From: Lepidodermella squamata
Taxonomy: Eukaryota > Animalia > Gastrotricha
Assembly (NCBI GenBank): GCA_047495785.1
Contig: JBLDXI010000011.1
Span: 496,001 to 560,000, forward strand
Reading direction: 5' to 3'
DNA: 64,000 nucleotides
Positions within the stretch are counted from its first letter, which is position 1; every line of letters begins with the position of its first letter. Positions 13,301 to 25,300 of this stretch are shown piece by piece. A program made the translations under genes and the position numbers. The notes beneath the pieces are model-generated. The model was not told the origin of the DNA. It did no database searches and worked only from the letters and a program-made list of their open reading frames with translations.

Positions 13301-16300
13301 CGTATCTAAATTTTTTTCTTTAGAGATACGCCACAGCAACGTGAACTTCAACAACCCGTAATAGATGGCAGCTGGCAGCTCGAAAAAAACAACCGCCTCG
13401 AATAATAGCTCTAAGAATTAAAAAAATACTGGGTCCAAAGGTTAGCGTGCCCCAAATAATCGCAAAGCAGTCTGGAAAAGCATCTCGCCTGAAATGATTA
13501 CTGCGAATCAACGTGGCAAGCCTGTGGAAGCTGGTCATGCCAACTTTTGGGCTTGATGAAAGTGATGACGTGACATTCCGGGTCTAGCAATTGCATGCCT
13601 CGGAAATTTCGGAAAAAATATTAGCCATGGCTATTAGTCCATAAGATTGAACGAGCATGAAACCAATATTTCTATCGGATAAGCCTGCATTGTACGAAAT
13701 AATTGTACATGGATGGGCGAACGACGTAAAATTCAAGAAAATCAGTTCTAATGAATCGAGAACATTCCGAGGAGACGTCGGAAATTCTGAGAACTGCTAC
13801 CATCAACATGTTTGAGATTCGGTGGTTACTATCCCAGAAAGGCAATGACTTTAAACTTTAGACCAGAAACTGCCCCAAATAATCGCAAAGCAGGTTGAAG
13901 TCTGGAAACTCGCCTGAAATGATTAGGAAAGGCTAATCCGACTGCGGAATCAACGTGGCAAGCCTGTGGAAGCTGGTCATGCCAACTATTGGGCTTGATG
14001 AAAATGATGACGCGACATTCCGCGACTAGTAATTGCCTGTCTCGAAAAAAACCCCTTCGAAAAATTCCGAAAAAAATATTAGCCATGGCTGTGATTCCAC
14101 AAGATTGAACGAGCATGAAACCAATATTTCTATCGGATAAGTTGATGCAGACAGTCATCGATGGAAGCCTGCATCGGTAGAAATAATTGTACATGGATGG
14201 GCGAACGAAGTAAAATTGAAGAAAATCAGTTCTAATAAATCGAATGACTTGAACAGAGAAAATTCCAAGGAAATTCTTGGAATTGCTACCAGCAACATGT
14301 GTAAGATTAGTAAGGCTAATAACTTCAAACGATGATAACGTAAAAAGATTATAACGGCTAGCCAGGGCATCTGTCACATGGCATGATAGTAATTAAGGAA
14401 GCTTTCGTTCAATCACTTGTCCGAACGCCCATCCTAGGCCAAGGTTCGCTCATTCCGGTCAGGAACGACCTATGGTCGAAATAAAACTACAAACGTTCCA
14501 TTCGCACATGCAAAAATGAGTACAGAAATGTCGAAGGGTCCCGTCAAACGTTGCCATTAGAAAGAGGCTCAAATCTGAGAGAAATTTGAGTTAGCATCTG
14601 GGACTAATTAAGAAAATTGCTCATCAAATAACAAGAAGGCTAAGAACATCACGTGAAAGTTCTATGTTTTTGGTTTCCTGAATATCATCCGAGTCGACAC
14701 TGCCATTAATGCCAAAACCATCACTAGGCGTGATATTATATAAACTTATTATAAATCGAAATTTCCACTACATCCAGATCGATCCAACTCAACTGATACA
14801 ACATTCAACTGACCATGGTTTGACGCGTCTATTATCACTCGCTCGAGAACAGTCATATTACCATAATCATAGAGAAAACTTGACCAGAGTAAGCACTCAA
14901 GCTAAATTTTTGATCTGCATTATTAAAGCCAGTGCTTCCCAAAACGGATATCTCCATTGCTCAACAAATTTTGCATGCATATAGAACACGAGCTGCTCTA
15001 TCGCGTGGTATAAGCAACGGAGATATTCGTTTTGAGAAATTCAACTTAGAATAATAATGAAGATTCTGAAATTTTAGCTTGAGTGCTTACTCTGCACTAT
15101 AAATAAAGTTCGCAATTCAGTCGCTAAATAACCGACTTTTGCACGGGCATTTAGGACCCTGGGAGCCTCCAATATAGCCTAAAATTTTTAATTGAAGCTT
15201 CTAATTATCGAAAAAAGAAATTCGAGGCGATAAATACCAAACTTTAGGTAAAAGGTATAAAAGGCGGGTTTTCTAAGGCATCTATATTTGGACACCCTAA
15301 ACTCCATTTTGCCCTATGTCACTCAGGATAAACATAGAGAACGTAGTGATCAGAGTGCGCTTTTTTGTGTGTGCGCGCATCTTTTTTGAAAAGACATAGT
15401 AACTTTGTGTTTTTCAACGCTTTTGCGCGGAAATCGGTCATCAAGTATTTTCTGCCCAATTGCACCGTCCGAATAATTCGATCCTGCTCTTTCACACGGT
15501 AATGGCCGCTTGTTGCCAAAAATTATCTATCCTGGCGATTTTCGAACGGATATCGAATCATCTTCTATGAGGTCGCCCTCGCTCACTTAGCTACTAACAG
15601 TTATTAGTAACTAACTGGGTCTCGGTTTGGACAATGTAGGATTTTTCATGAAACAAGCTTTCCGCAGATATATAAAACTCATACTTTTGATCATGCTATG
15701 CTGGGAAAATGAGTCCTGAACTTTAGTCCATTTTTTCTGTTTTTTCTGAGGAATTGAAAAGTGAGCGTTGAAAAAGGGGAATACGGGCGCCGTCCTTCAC
15801 AGAGATAGACAGTAGGTAATCGATGACACTCTGCACACTGGTTTCCGATTTTTTTCTCAGTTAGCTAACCGGCAATTAGCGAAAAATAAAAAAATTTGAA
15901 TAAAAGTGTTTATCAACTCATTTCTAGGGTTAAAAAAATAGCTAATTCTATTCAAGACTTTAAATAAAAATCTGAAAAATTCACCAAAATGAGCGGCTCA
16001 AAAAGTTAATATATATACCTGTTTTCAGCGTTCTAGAATGATTTTTAAGGATAGTGACCATTGTCTCAAATGACAAAAAAAATTTAAAAATAATTTGTGA
16101 ACGACGGCGCCCGTGTGTGATTTTTCTTCGGCAATTTTTCAATTTTTCTTGTAAAGCGTGCTGAGGTCGTTCTTTTGCCTACCTGAACCAATTTCAAACA
16201 ACCGCCGCTCGACCTCTTAAATACGATCAGTTTTTTGCCTCCGCGAATGGCTGACGCAACTGATCCCTGGCATGTCCCCGTGTGCACCCGCTTTCAGGTG

Positions 16301-19300
16301 TTGCGAACTGCCAAAACAACGGGACGGCCGCTACACATGGGCGTCGATGAGAAAATACGTGGATAATACACAGTTTGACTGTGGCTATGCTGCCGACCTA
16401 ATGATCGCCAACTCTGCGCGCACCGACGTCAACCAATTCATTTTATGTATATCGCATCCATGGCCCTACATTCAGGCGCTTATTTTCTTATGTAGGAGAA
16501 GGGTTATTTTTTGAAAGATGGGCTATTAATAGAACAAATACAGCGCAAACTGCAGTTCATAAATAGTTTTGCGCAGTTTTGGTGGCTGTCACGCCGTGTT
16601 GGTAGCGCACGCCGATCATTAGCTTGGATATCTTCTCAACGTATCTAATTTTTTTTCTTTAGAGATACGCCACGGCAACGTGAACTTAAACAACCCGGTG
16701 TTGATACTCACCGCCGATAGATGGCAGCTGGCAGCTCAAAAAAATCAACCCCCTCGAATAATAGCTCCAAGAATTAAAAAAATACCGGGTGCAAAAATAC
16801 TGGTTGAGCGAGCCCCAAATAATCGCAAAACAGGTTGAAGTCTGGAAATTATTCGCCTGAAATGATTATGAAAGGCTCATCCGACTGCGGAATCAACGTG
16901 GCAAGCTTGTGGAAGCTGGTCATGGCAACTATTGGGCTTGATGAAAATGAATTACCCCCACTTGCGCAACTATTGAGGCGTCATTTGGTGTATGTGTAGC
17001 AGATGATAATCGCACGTGCCAAAAAGTGCTTTCAACATTTCAACAATTTCAGTCTCGCCATTTTATCAGCTAATAACACTAAATACTATTTCACAAAATT
17101 CCTCTCTGCCCTAACTGTAAAAAAGAAATTTAAAAATCGATCGAGGTCTGAAAGTTAAGCGTGTTTTGCCGAAATACGAACGGGTGGAGCAAGATATCCA
17201 GCAAGTTGTACGCGATTTCGACAACAGCGAAAAAAACCGCCGACGATTTTCTCGCTTGCGTAGACAGTTTGTCATCATTGATTGCTGATTACAAAAAGTG
17301 AACATCGTTGATCGGCTCTTCTACAAGCTTTTCTACACACTTTGCCTCTTCTTGTTATATATCCGCTCTAGTTCTGCGCTGAACATTTTGAAGTAAAACG
17401 GGCATGTTGTTTTGCCTTTTGAATAATGGACCATCAAATGACATACACCAACAATGACGCCTCAATAGTTACATTTTCAAAATATTATTACTTTTATAAT
17501 GTATCTAATTCAGTTTTGATGAAAACTGCCCAAAACTGAAAAAATAACTAAAAAAGTTGCGCAAGTGGGGTAGGCAAGTGATAGTTGCACAAGTGGCAGT
17601 TGTGCAAGTGGGGGATAACCGTGTGGTCATTTTTTCTCTATATAGCCTATAAATAAGGGCAATTTAAAAATAATCTCACAATTTTTCCGAATATTTGCTA
17701 AGAATCATGAAACAAGCTGATTTCTTCCTAACGAATAAAACCAAATTTCTATGAATATTCACCCAAGAAGCGGAAAAATAGCGCACAGTTGCGGTAGGGC
17801 CAAATCCACAGGAAAAACATTATTTATAAAATGTATACATTTTATTCCGGATTATAATCCTCACTATCGCTAATTTAAAATATCCGCCCAGCGAAAAATC
17901 ATCATTGGTATCCCTGAAGATGGTTATGGAAAATAATTGGAACGTTGGAACTAAACTTATAATTATACTCAATTTCATCACTCGATTGTACTCCACTGGT
18001 TACCAAGCATATATAAATATATTTTCAATTTTACATAAAAAAATAATACGTAATTGAAGCTAGCGGTCCAATTTGAGTTTTTTACCAGCGGTCCAATGAA
18101 GGAGTGATGATACCCTACTAGCCAAGTCATTTTCAGATGATTACAACCTGGCAAATTTTTTAAACTATTTGGCTTATTGGTCCGCTGAAAATTTATGTGG
18201 ACCGCTGGCCTTGGACCGCTAACTTCTGTAAAGCCCGCTGTTATAGAAGCTAGCGGTCCATTAGCCAGCGGTCCAATTAGCCACCAGACCAAAAAATTTG
18301 CCATCATCGAAATAGTCGAAATATCATATTAGCCATAGTTCCACGTGGATGCTATGCGTCAATTATTATGACGCTGCTGAGTTTGTTTACCCAGAATGCT
18401 ACGGTACCAAATGAGACAAAAGGTAACATCTGCTTCCAGGAGGTGAAGGTATAGAGCCCTAAGTCACATTTCCAGGGTATTCGGTTTAAACCCCAACCAG
18501 TATAAACCAGTTTAAACCGGTACCGGTTTATACCGGTTTTTTTAGGGCCTGAAAAAACCGCGGTTTTTTCAAAAAGCGGTTTTTGGGGTGTTTTCACGCA
18601 AAAAAGCTCACATTTTCATAGATGACGGCAAGCCAGAAGTCGTCTGAGAGTCATTACGTCCCCAGGATCAATACCGCACGGTTGAAATACTTTAGAAAGA
18701 CTACACTGTATCACATAAAATCGATTGAGCTAAATTTTGAAAAATCGATCACCCGATCAGTTACCAATAATCGATAATCGATAATCGATACCTGATGCGG
18801 GTGATTTGATGTCACCATCGTGTTCAGCGGCAAATTCTACCTAAGATACCAAATTTTCATGGCGACATCTATAATAGTAAAGAGACTATCGCGAAATCAG
18901 TTTCACTTCCGGTAGGGTATAATTAGGCGGTTTTAGACCTTTCAAGTTGAAATTTTCAAATAAAACCGGCAAAACCGCTTCCTTTGTCGTTGAAACCCCC
19001 CTTAGAAACCCCAGAGGGGTAACTTTTCACGGCGGAACCGAATCCGTTTTCAGAATTTTACTAATCATCATACTTCCGGAGATAACTGCTTTTTTTAGTT
19101 GTTTTATTGCTTTATTGCACTAAGAAATTTTTTTTCTTCCAGGTGAGAAAAATGGCCGTGTGATATGTCAAACTATGTAGTTTTTCACGTAGAATCACGT
19201 GGTGCAGTCCAAATCTCTACAGGACCAAGTGCTAGCGAGCTCTGGCTATGTCAAATAAGACATTTCAGTGATTTTAGCATATGTAAAAAAACCGGTTTTT

Positions 19301-22300
19301 TTTCACCGGTTTAAACCGGTTTCTACCGGTGGGTGGTTTTTTCAACAAAAAAACCGGTCGGTATTATACCCTGCACATTTCTCTCGATAAGTGGTTTGAA
19401 TTTTACTATATTAACGCAAAAAGCAATGACTGATTCAACTAAAAAGAAGAAAATGACGAAGAAGGAGTTAGTGAGGCTTACGCTGCGTGAGCTTCCGCCG
19501 AATTCCAACCTGGGTAAGTTTTAGGACTTCCTGAATTGGCTTCTCGAAGTAAATTTTTGAAAATAGGTTCATGGCGAGACCCCACGTCAGCGTGGAAATA
19601 CGTAGGTCTACGAGTGTACGGAGAGGAGTGTCCGACAAACACTAAAAATGCATATAACCTCGGCCGTGACATGGTCTCATCGTTAGATGATTTTGCTCGA
19701 GAAAGCACGGAAAAACCCAAGCAACGCGTCCAATTTGACATCAACAAAGAACCAGACTTTCTTGTGAAGTTGGCGAAAGACCAGCTAGGGTTGGAGGAGA
19801 GGGGCGTCGTGAGAAGCAGAATAAAATTCTCCCCCGGATGGTCTCATGTTTTACAAATAGCTTGCTACCAGGCTTGCCCCGGTAACTGCGTAATCAACTT
19901 CAAGTCGCATAATATTAGCCCCAATGGCGTCACAACTGGAGATGGCAAGTGCACCGGCTGTCGATCATTTGCCTTCAGGTAAATTTTCGCAACGCAATGA
20001 CATTGAAAAACACATTCAGCTGAGCAACTGATACTTAGATGCGACGTGCCAGACTACGGCGATGGTGATTTCATTTTCAACTTTCAAATGTTCGGTTAGT
20101 GGCAATGAAAACCCTATACAATTTTAATTACTATGTAACCTTAGAAAAGTTCAACCACCCCGTCGGTGGCAAGCAGCTGCCAGTTAAGGGCAAGCGCAGG
20201 GATGAAATGGCAGAGCTTTTGAAATCGAAATCAGCTGACGTGCTTTATTATGACTTGACTGTCGACCACGCCCAGGGAGAGTCTGTTTTGCCGGTTCCGG
20301 ACAAGAAAGTTCTCCAGAAAATCAACTCAGAGAAAAATAACTTGGGTAATTGAAATTTTACCGGACTTCCTCAAATATAATTTAATCTAATCTAATATAC
20401 TTAATTTTAGCTGGCCGGAAATCCAAGTGTTGGTACGAAGATAATACTATCGAGCTGAACGAGCAATTGAAAGCTTCAGCTGCTGCTGAAGCTGCGAAAA
20501 CAGCAGATTCAACGTCACTGGTTTCGAAAATCGACAAAAGATACATTCAAGGCTTTAAAGTAAGACCTTGCCTATTTTGCATCCCCAGGTTTTCGAACTT
20601 CATTCAGAGTTCATCCAGAGTAGGATCAATTCATTTTTTCCTTTTTAATTGAACAAAAGAAACTTCATGCCTGAATCTATCCGTTATGTCTCTTTTCAGG
20701 TCCATCCCTTTGCTATTTACCTATGGACACCACTTCAGCTGGACCTGTTCTTTGATTTCCTGAAAAAGGGGTACAACATTGCGTCTATCGACGCCTCTGG
20801 ATCTGTTGTTCCCTGCGATTTGCTTACTGGAAAGCGAATGCTTTATTACGCTTTTCTTATGGTGAACATCTTAGAGTTTATTAATGTATGAAATCCAATT
20901 TCTGTTTAGGTTAACGTGGAATTATTCACATCAGACGAGTCGAAATCTCCAACTCAAACTACTACCGTAAGGGCCAATTAAATTTCTTATGGTGTTTTTG
21001 GTAGCCATATACATATTTTCAGGTACCTGTCGAAGCAATCCAGCCCGATGAAATGAGCCTCGAAACGGTGAGACGGTGGTAGCGTTAAATTTTAGTTCAT
21101 CGCGTTTTTTGTTGTTGTAGTGGCTTCAAGAAGTTCGCTCTCCAGTGGTTGCGGAAAAGCGGTCTGTCACGCCTAAACGTCCAGGCGGTGATGCTATGGC
21201 TTTCTTGCCTGCCAAACGAAAGCGCGGGCGGCCGAAGAAGAAGGTCGAGATCGAGAGCGTTCAACATCAGCCAACCCAAAATGCTGATCAAGGCGGAAAT
21301 GTCACCAAAAGAAAGCGTGGAAGGCCACGCAAAGCAGCCAAGGTTGTCCAGGCCGGTGAGCAGAAGACCTCTGATTCATCGAAATCGAAGCGTGGACGGC
21401 CGGCGAAAGCAGTTGCAGACCAAGTCAATCAGGCCAACGCTGTCACTGGACAAGTTGACGCCGAAAAATACTGCCTCAACCTCGGGTATTGGCTTTTCAA
21501 CATGGTTGCCGATGGAAACTGCCTTTTTCGAGCGGTCTCGCATCAAGTCGACGGCACTGAGGCGAATCATTTAGTCTATCGACAAATTGCGGTCGAATAT
21601 CTCATCGAACATAAAAACGACATGGACGAAAACGTCCGTACGCAGCTGCGCGATAACGAGAGCGACATGACATTCGAAGAGTATGGTGAGTTGGAATTTT
21701 GTTCATGTTAATTTCAATAATCAAGGACCGTTGTTATTTGTTATAGTGAATGCGCTCTCCAGGCCATATTTCTTCGCCGGGCAGGAGGCGATTTATTGCC
21801 TCGCTATGGCGTTACGTCGGAACATTCGCGTTGTTCAAATTAGTCGCCCTGACTACGTCTACGGCAATTTCGCCGAAAATTTCGAAATACGTATTTTCTA
21901 TAACTCCATCAATCATTATGGATCCCTTATCAAAAAGTGATTGCTAGCTTTCTTATTGCTAGCTATACCCATTTAACATGTTTTACTATGTAATTGCTAA
22001 CCTATTCTACAGCTTTCTTGTTTTCTTAGATATCTGCCGCTGGCGATTCTCATCTTTCCGACAAGTAAAGAAGCAGTTGAAATCTTGAGTCTTTTGCTTA
22101 ATCAACTATATACTATGGCTAATATGATATTTCGACTATTTCGATGATGGCAAATTTTTTGGTCTGGTGGCTAATTGGACCGCTGGCTAATGGACCGCTA
22201 GCTTCTATAACAGCGGGCTTTACAGAAGTTAGCGGTCCAAGGCCAGCGGTCCACATAAATTTTCAGCGGACCAATAAGCCAAATAGTTTAAAAAATTTGC

Positions 22301-25300
22301 CAGGTTGTAATCATCTGAAAATGACTTGGCTAGTAGGGTATCATCACTCCTTCATTGGACCGCTGGTAAAAAACTCAAATTGGACCGCTAGCTTCAATTA
22401 CGTAAAAATAATTGAATTAAAATTAAAATACGTGCCTAGCACTTTTAAAACTGAACTCAAATTGAGAAATTGAGTAAAAAACAGCTAACCAATCAGCGGT
22501 TGCAAACGTCTTGTTGTGTTTCTCGGCAGCGGCGGCCACGTGTGATGCGGCACCCGGCTGGCAGTGTCTCGTCAGCACCACGTAGCTGGCCTCCTGGACT
22601 CGGCTCTCCTCGGCCGCGTCCAGGCTGCCCTCGGCTGAGACACACGTCGTCGTGGCTCCGGCGGCTGACAGCACCTTCGCGAGTCGAGCGGCTTCCATAG
22701 GCAGGCCGACTACAACCACCTTCCGCCCGCCAAAAATCTAAAAATACGAGAGAAAAATTATTTTCATGAAATTTCGAGAAAATCACGATTTATATTGAAA
22801 TTCCCGGAAGAAACAATTATAGAGCTAATCAAAAATGTAAACCCATGAAAAAAACAAGGAACGCCATTCAAGGATTATAAATAGAGAAGCCTACTTATTC
22901 AATAATGGACCAGATTTACTCAGTTTTCAGTTGCTCCATCTCCAATTTTTCCAATTAATCACCTTTTTCTCAATAAAAAATGCAAAAAATGCAAACCAAA
23001 TCGAAACAATATTTAAAGTTTGGTTTTTAATCAATAATTTTCAGCTTGGAATTCCAAATTTTTTCAAGAAATTCTTTGCAAATTTTTACACCGTTGTAAT
23101 TATCTTGTCCTGGGCCTAATTGTGGTAATTTTTCCACGGCCTGATCCAGGTAATTCACCTGAGAAAAATGGCCCGAGAGAAAGGTACAATTTTGACAACT
23201 CTAAGGTAATGCCCCTTTCTCAACTAGATCATCTAGCATCATCTAGCGTGATTAATCGTGTGCGTGGTAAAAATTAACATATTTTTTATTTGATGTTAGA
23301 ATTATGTGTGTTCAAACGCTGTTTCCAAAGTGTTACTTTGTAACTTCACCAAAAATAAACGAACGGTGCTAGAATTTCGGAAAAAATTCTAGAATTATCG
23401 ACACGAGTCAGGCCTTATCGAAGTCCCATTTGAAAATTGATAAAGATGCCTTTCAACTTAGTTTTTTGAGTTTGTACCTCAAAATCGCTGCTTTGCAGGT
23501 ATTTTACCTGGAACTGGCTGTTTGAAATTTCAATAATTACTAGCTAAACGACAGCTTCATTTTGGTACGAAAAATTCAATCTAAAACCGTCCAGGTGAAA
23601 ATATCCAGGGGTGATTTTAGGGTTTTCGAGGGTTCGATTCCGAAAATCAGCAGTCAACAATGGAATCGAATACGGGAAAACAAAATCGATACCCTTATTC
23701 TACAGGAGCCAGAGGATTTTTTTTATATTTTTCCACAAATTTAGGAAGTCAACCGCAGGTAGAAAAAAGTTGTCAAAATTGTACCCCTCCCCGGTATTTA
23801 CATCAAGTGGTGGGGTCCTCCACAAAGCAGCAGGCTTCAAAGCAAGGTAAACGCGCTAAACAGCAGGCGCTCAGGCTCAGCCTCTCATTTTCAACCAATG
23901 GACTAACATTATGGTCAGCTATTATAGCTTTCCAGCTTTGAGGAACATAAGTCATGAGAACTCCGTAATGTAGCTCAGACCTCAATTTGACCAAAAAGGT
24001 CGTTTTCGAAAATTTTCCACAATTCATAAGCCGGGCTCTTAAAATTATAAAAGGCCGATATTCAGAAAATTACGCAGAATTTTATTGAATTAATTCGATT
24101 TATTGTTGCGAGGCGTTTGCACCGCTTTTTGGGTTTATCCTGCTTTTGAAGCCTGCTGCTTCGTGGGGGACCCCAAGTGATGCACTTTCTCGTTTCAAGT
24201 TAAAACAAATTCGCATTTTTCGATTAAATGTAAAAAATCGCTGAAGTATCGATTAATCGATTTTGAAAAGTAAAAAAAATCAATGATTTAAATTTTCCGT
24301 ATTTTCTCGAATAACTCGATAATTTTCGAATAGAAGAGCAAACAAATTTTCCTTCGTATTTTTCCTCAATTGAACTAAAAATATTTTCAACTTAAAGTAA
24401 CTCAAAATTTCGGACTGTCAAATGAAAATCGATAAAATATTTTTTCAATTTTAATTCGATTATTTGGATCCAGGGAATTCAGTACCAAATTATCCCATCA
24501 GTTCCAAATCCCCAATTTCAAGTCCTAAATTTGAACCCTAACCAGTTAAAAACCGAATAAAATGTTTAGGTATTCGATTAAATGAATTTTTTCCCTTCAT
24601 TATTTTCTAATTTTGAAATAAATAAAAATCGCAGAAATTTGAACTGACCATGCGACGGCGGTGCTGCAGCAGCTGCGAGCCGAACAGGTCTTTCCCAGCC
24701 GGCAGCACGTACTCGGAGTGGTCGAGGATGCGGCCGCTCGCCGCGCACTCGAGCACCCAGGCCGGGGCGATGCAGCGCGTGCCGTAGGCGACTCCGAACA
24801 GAAACTCGACGCTTTCGTTCGGGGCGACGGCGACCGTGAACGACAGGCCGGGCGCGACGGGCAGGTTGATGCGGCCGGCGGGCAGGCCGTCGAGCGACGC
24901 GATGACCATGCCGCCGCCGGTTGTGATCACGCGGTGCAGGTGCGCGAAGTCGTAGTCGCCCGTTGGCTGGTCGCCCGGGGCCAGGACGAACAGAATGGGC
25001 AGGCGGCCTTGACTGGATTTCAGTTGGAAAACCTGAAGGAAACAATGTAATTCAAATTCAAATTCAAATTCAAAATTCAAAATTCAAAATTGGATTCAAA
25101 ATGATGGATTCAATGGGTTCTATGTCAATTGAGCAAACGAAAACTGACCAACGAAAATTGAGCAAGGGCTTTTGAGCAACGAAATAAGAGCAAAACGACT
25201 TTTGGGCAAAATGAGATTAGCGCAAAATGACACCAGAGCAAATTTGGTTTACAATAAATAAGAGCTAAAATCATAGAGATGATAGACGTCGCATTTACAC

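Larger units (their letters stand above)
18048..22403 (+). mobile_element. Mutator/NOF-FB-like DNA transposon, 4356 bp
   Basis: 292-bp apparently identical TIRs (18048-18339, 22112-22403); 9-bp TSD aaaaataat (18039-18047, 22404-22412); empty site near 7332 in the duplicated unit. Confidence 0.92.

Noticed and set aside
13829-14377. 182-aa ORF as a real gene
   Set aside because: Non-ATG start, and the paralogous copies of this block do not keep the frame.
17978-22473. Twin 109-aa ORFs (17978-18307 on -, 22144-22473 on +)
   Set aside because: They are the two TIRs of the transposon read in opposite directions; they have no protein-like features.
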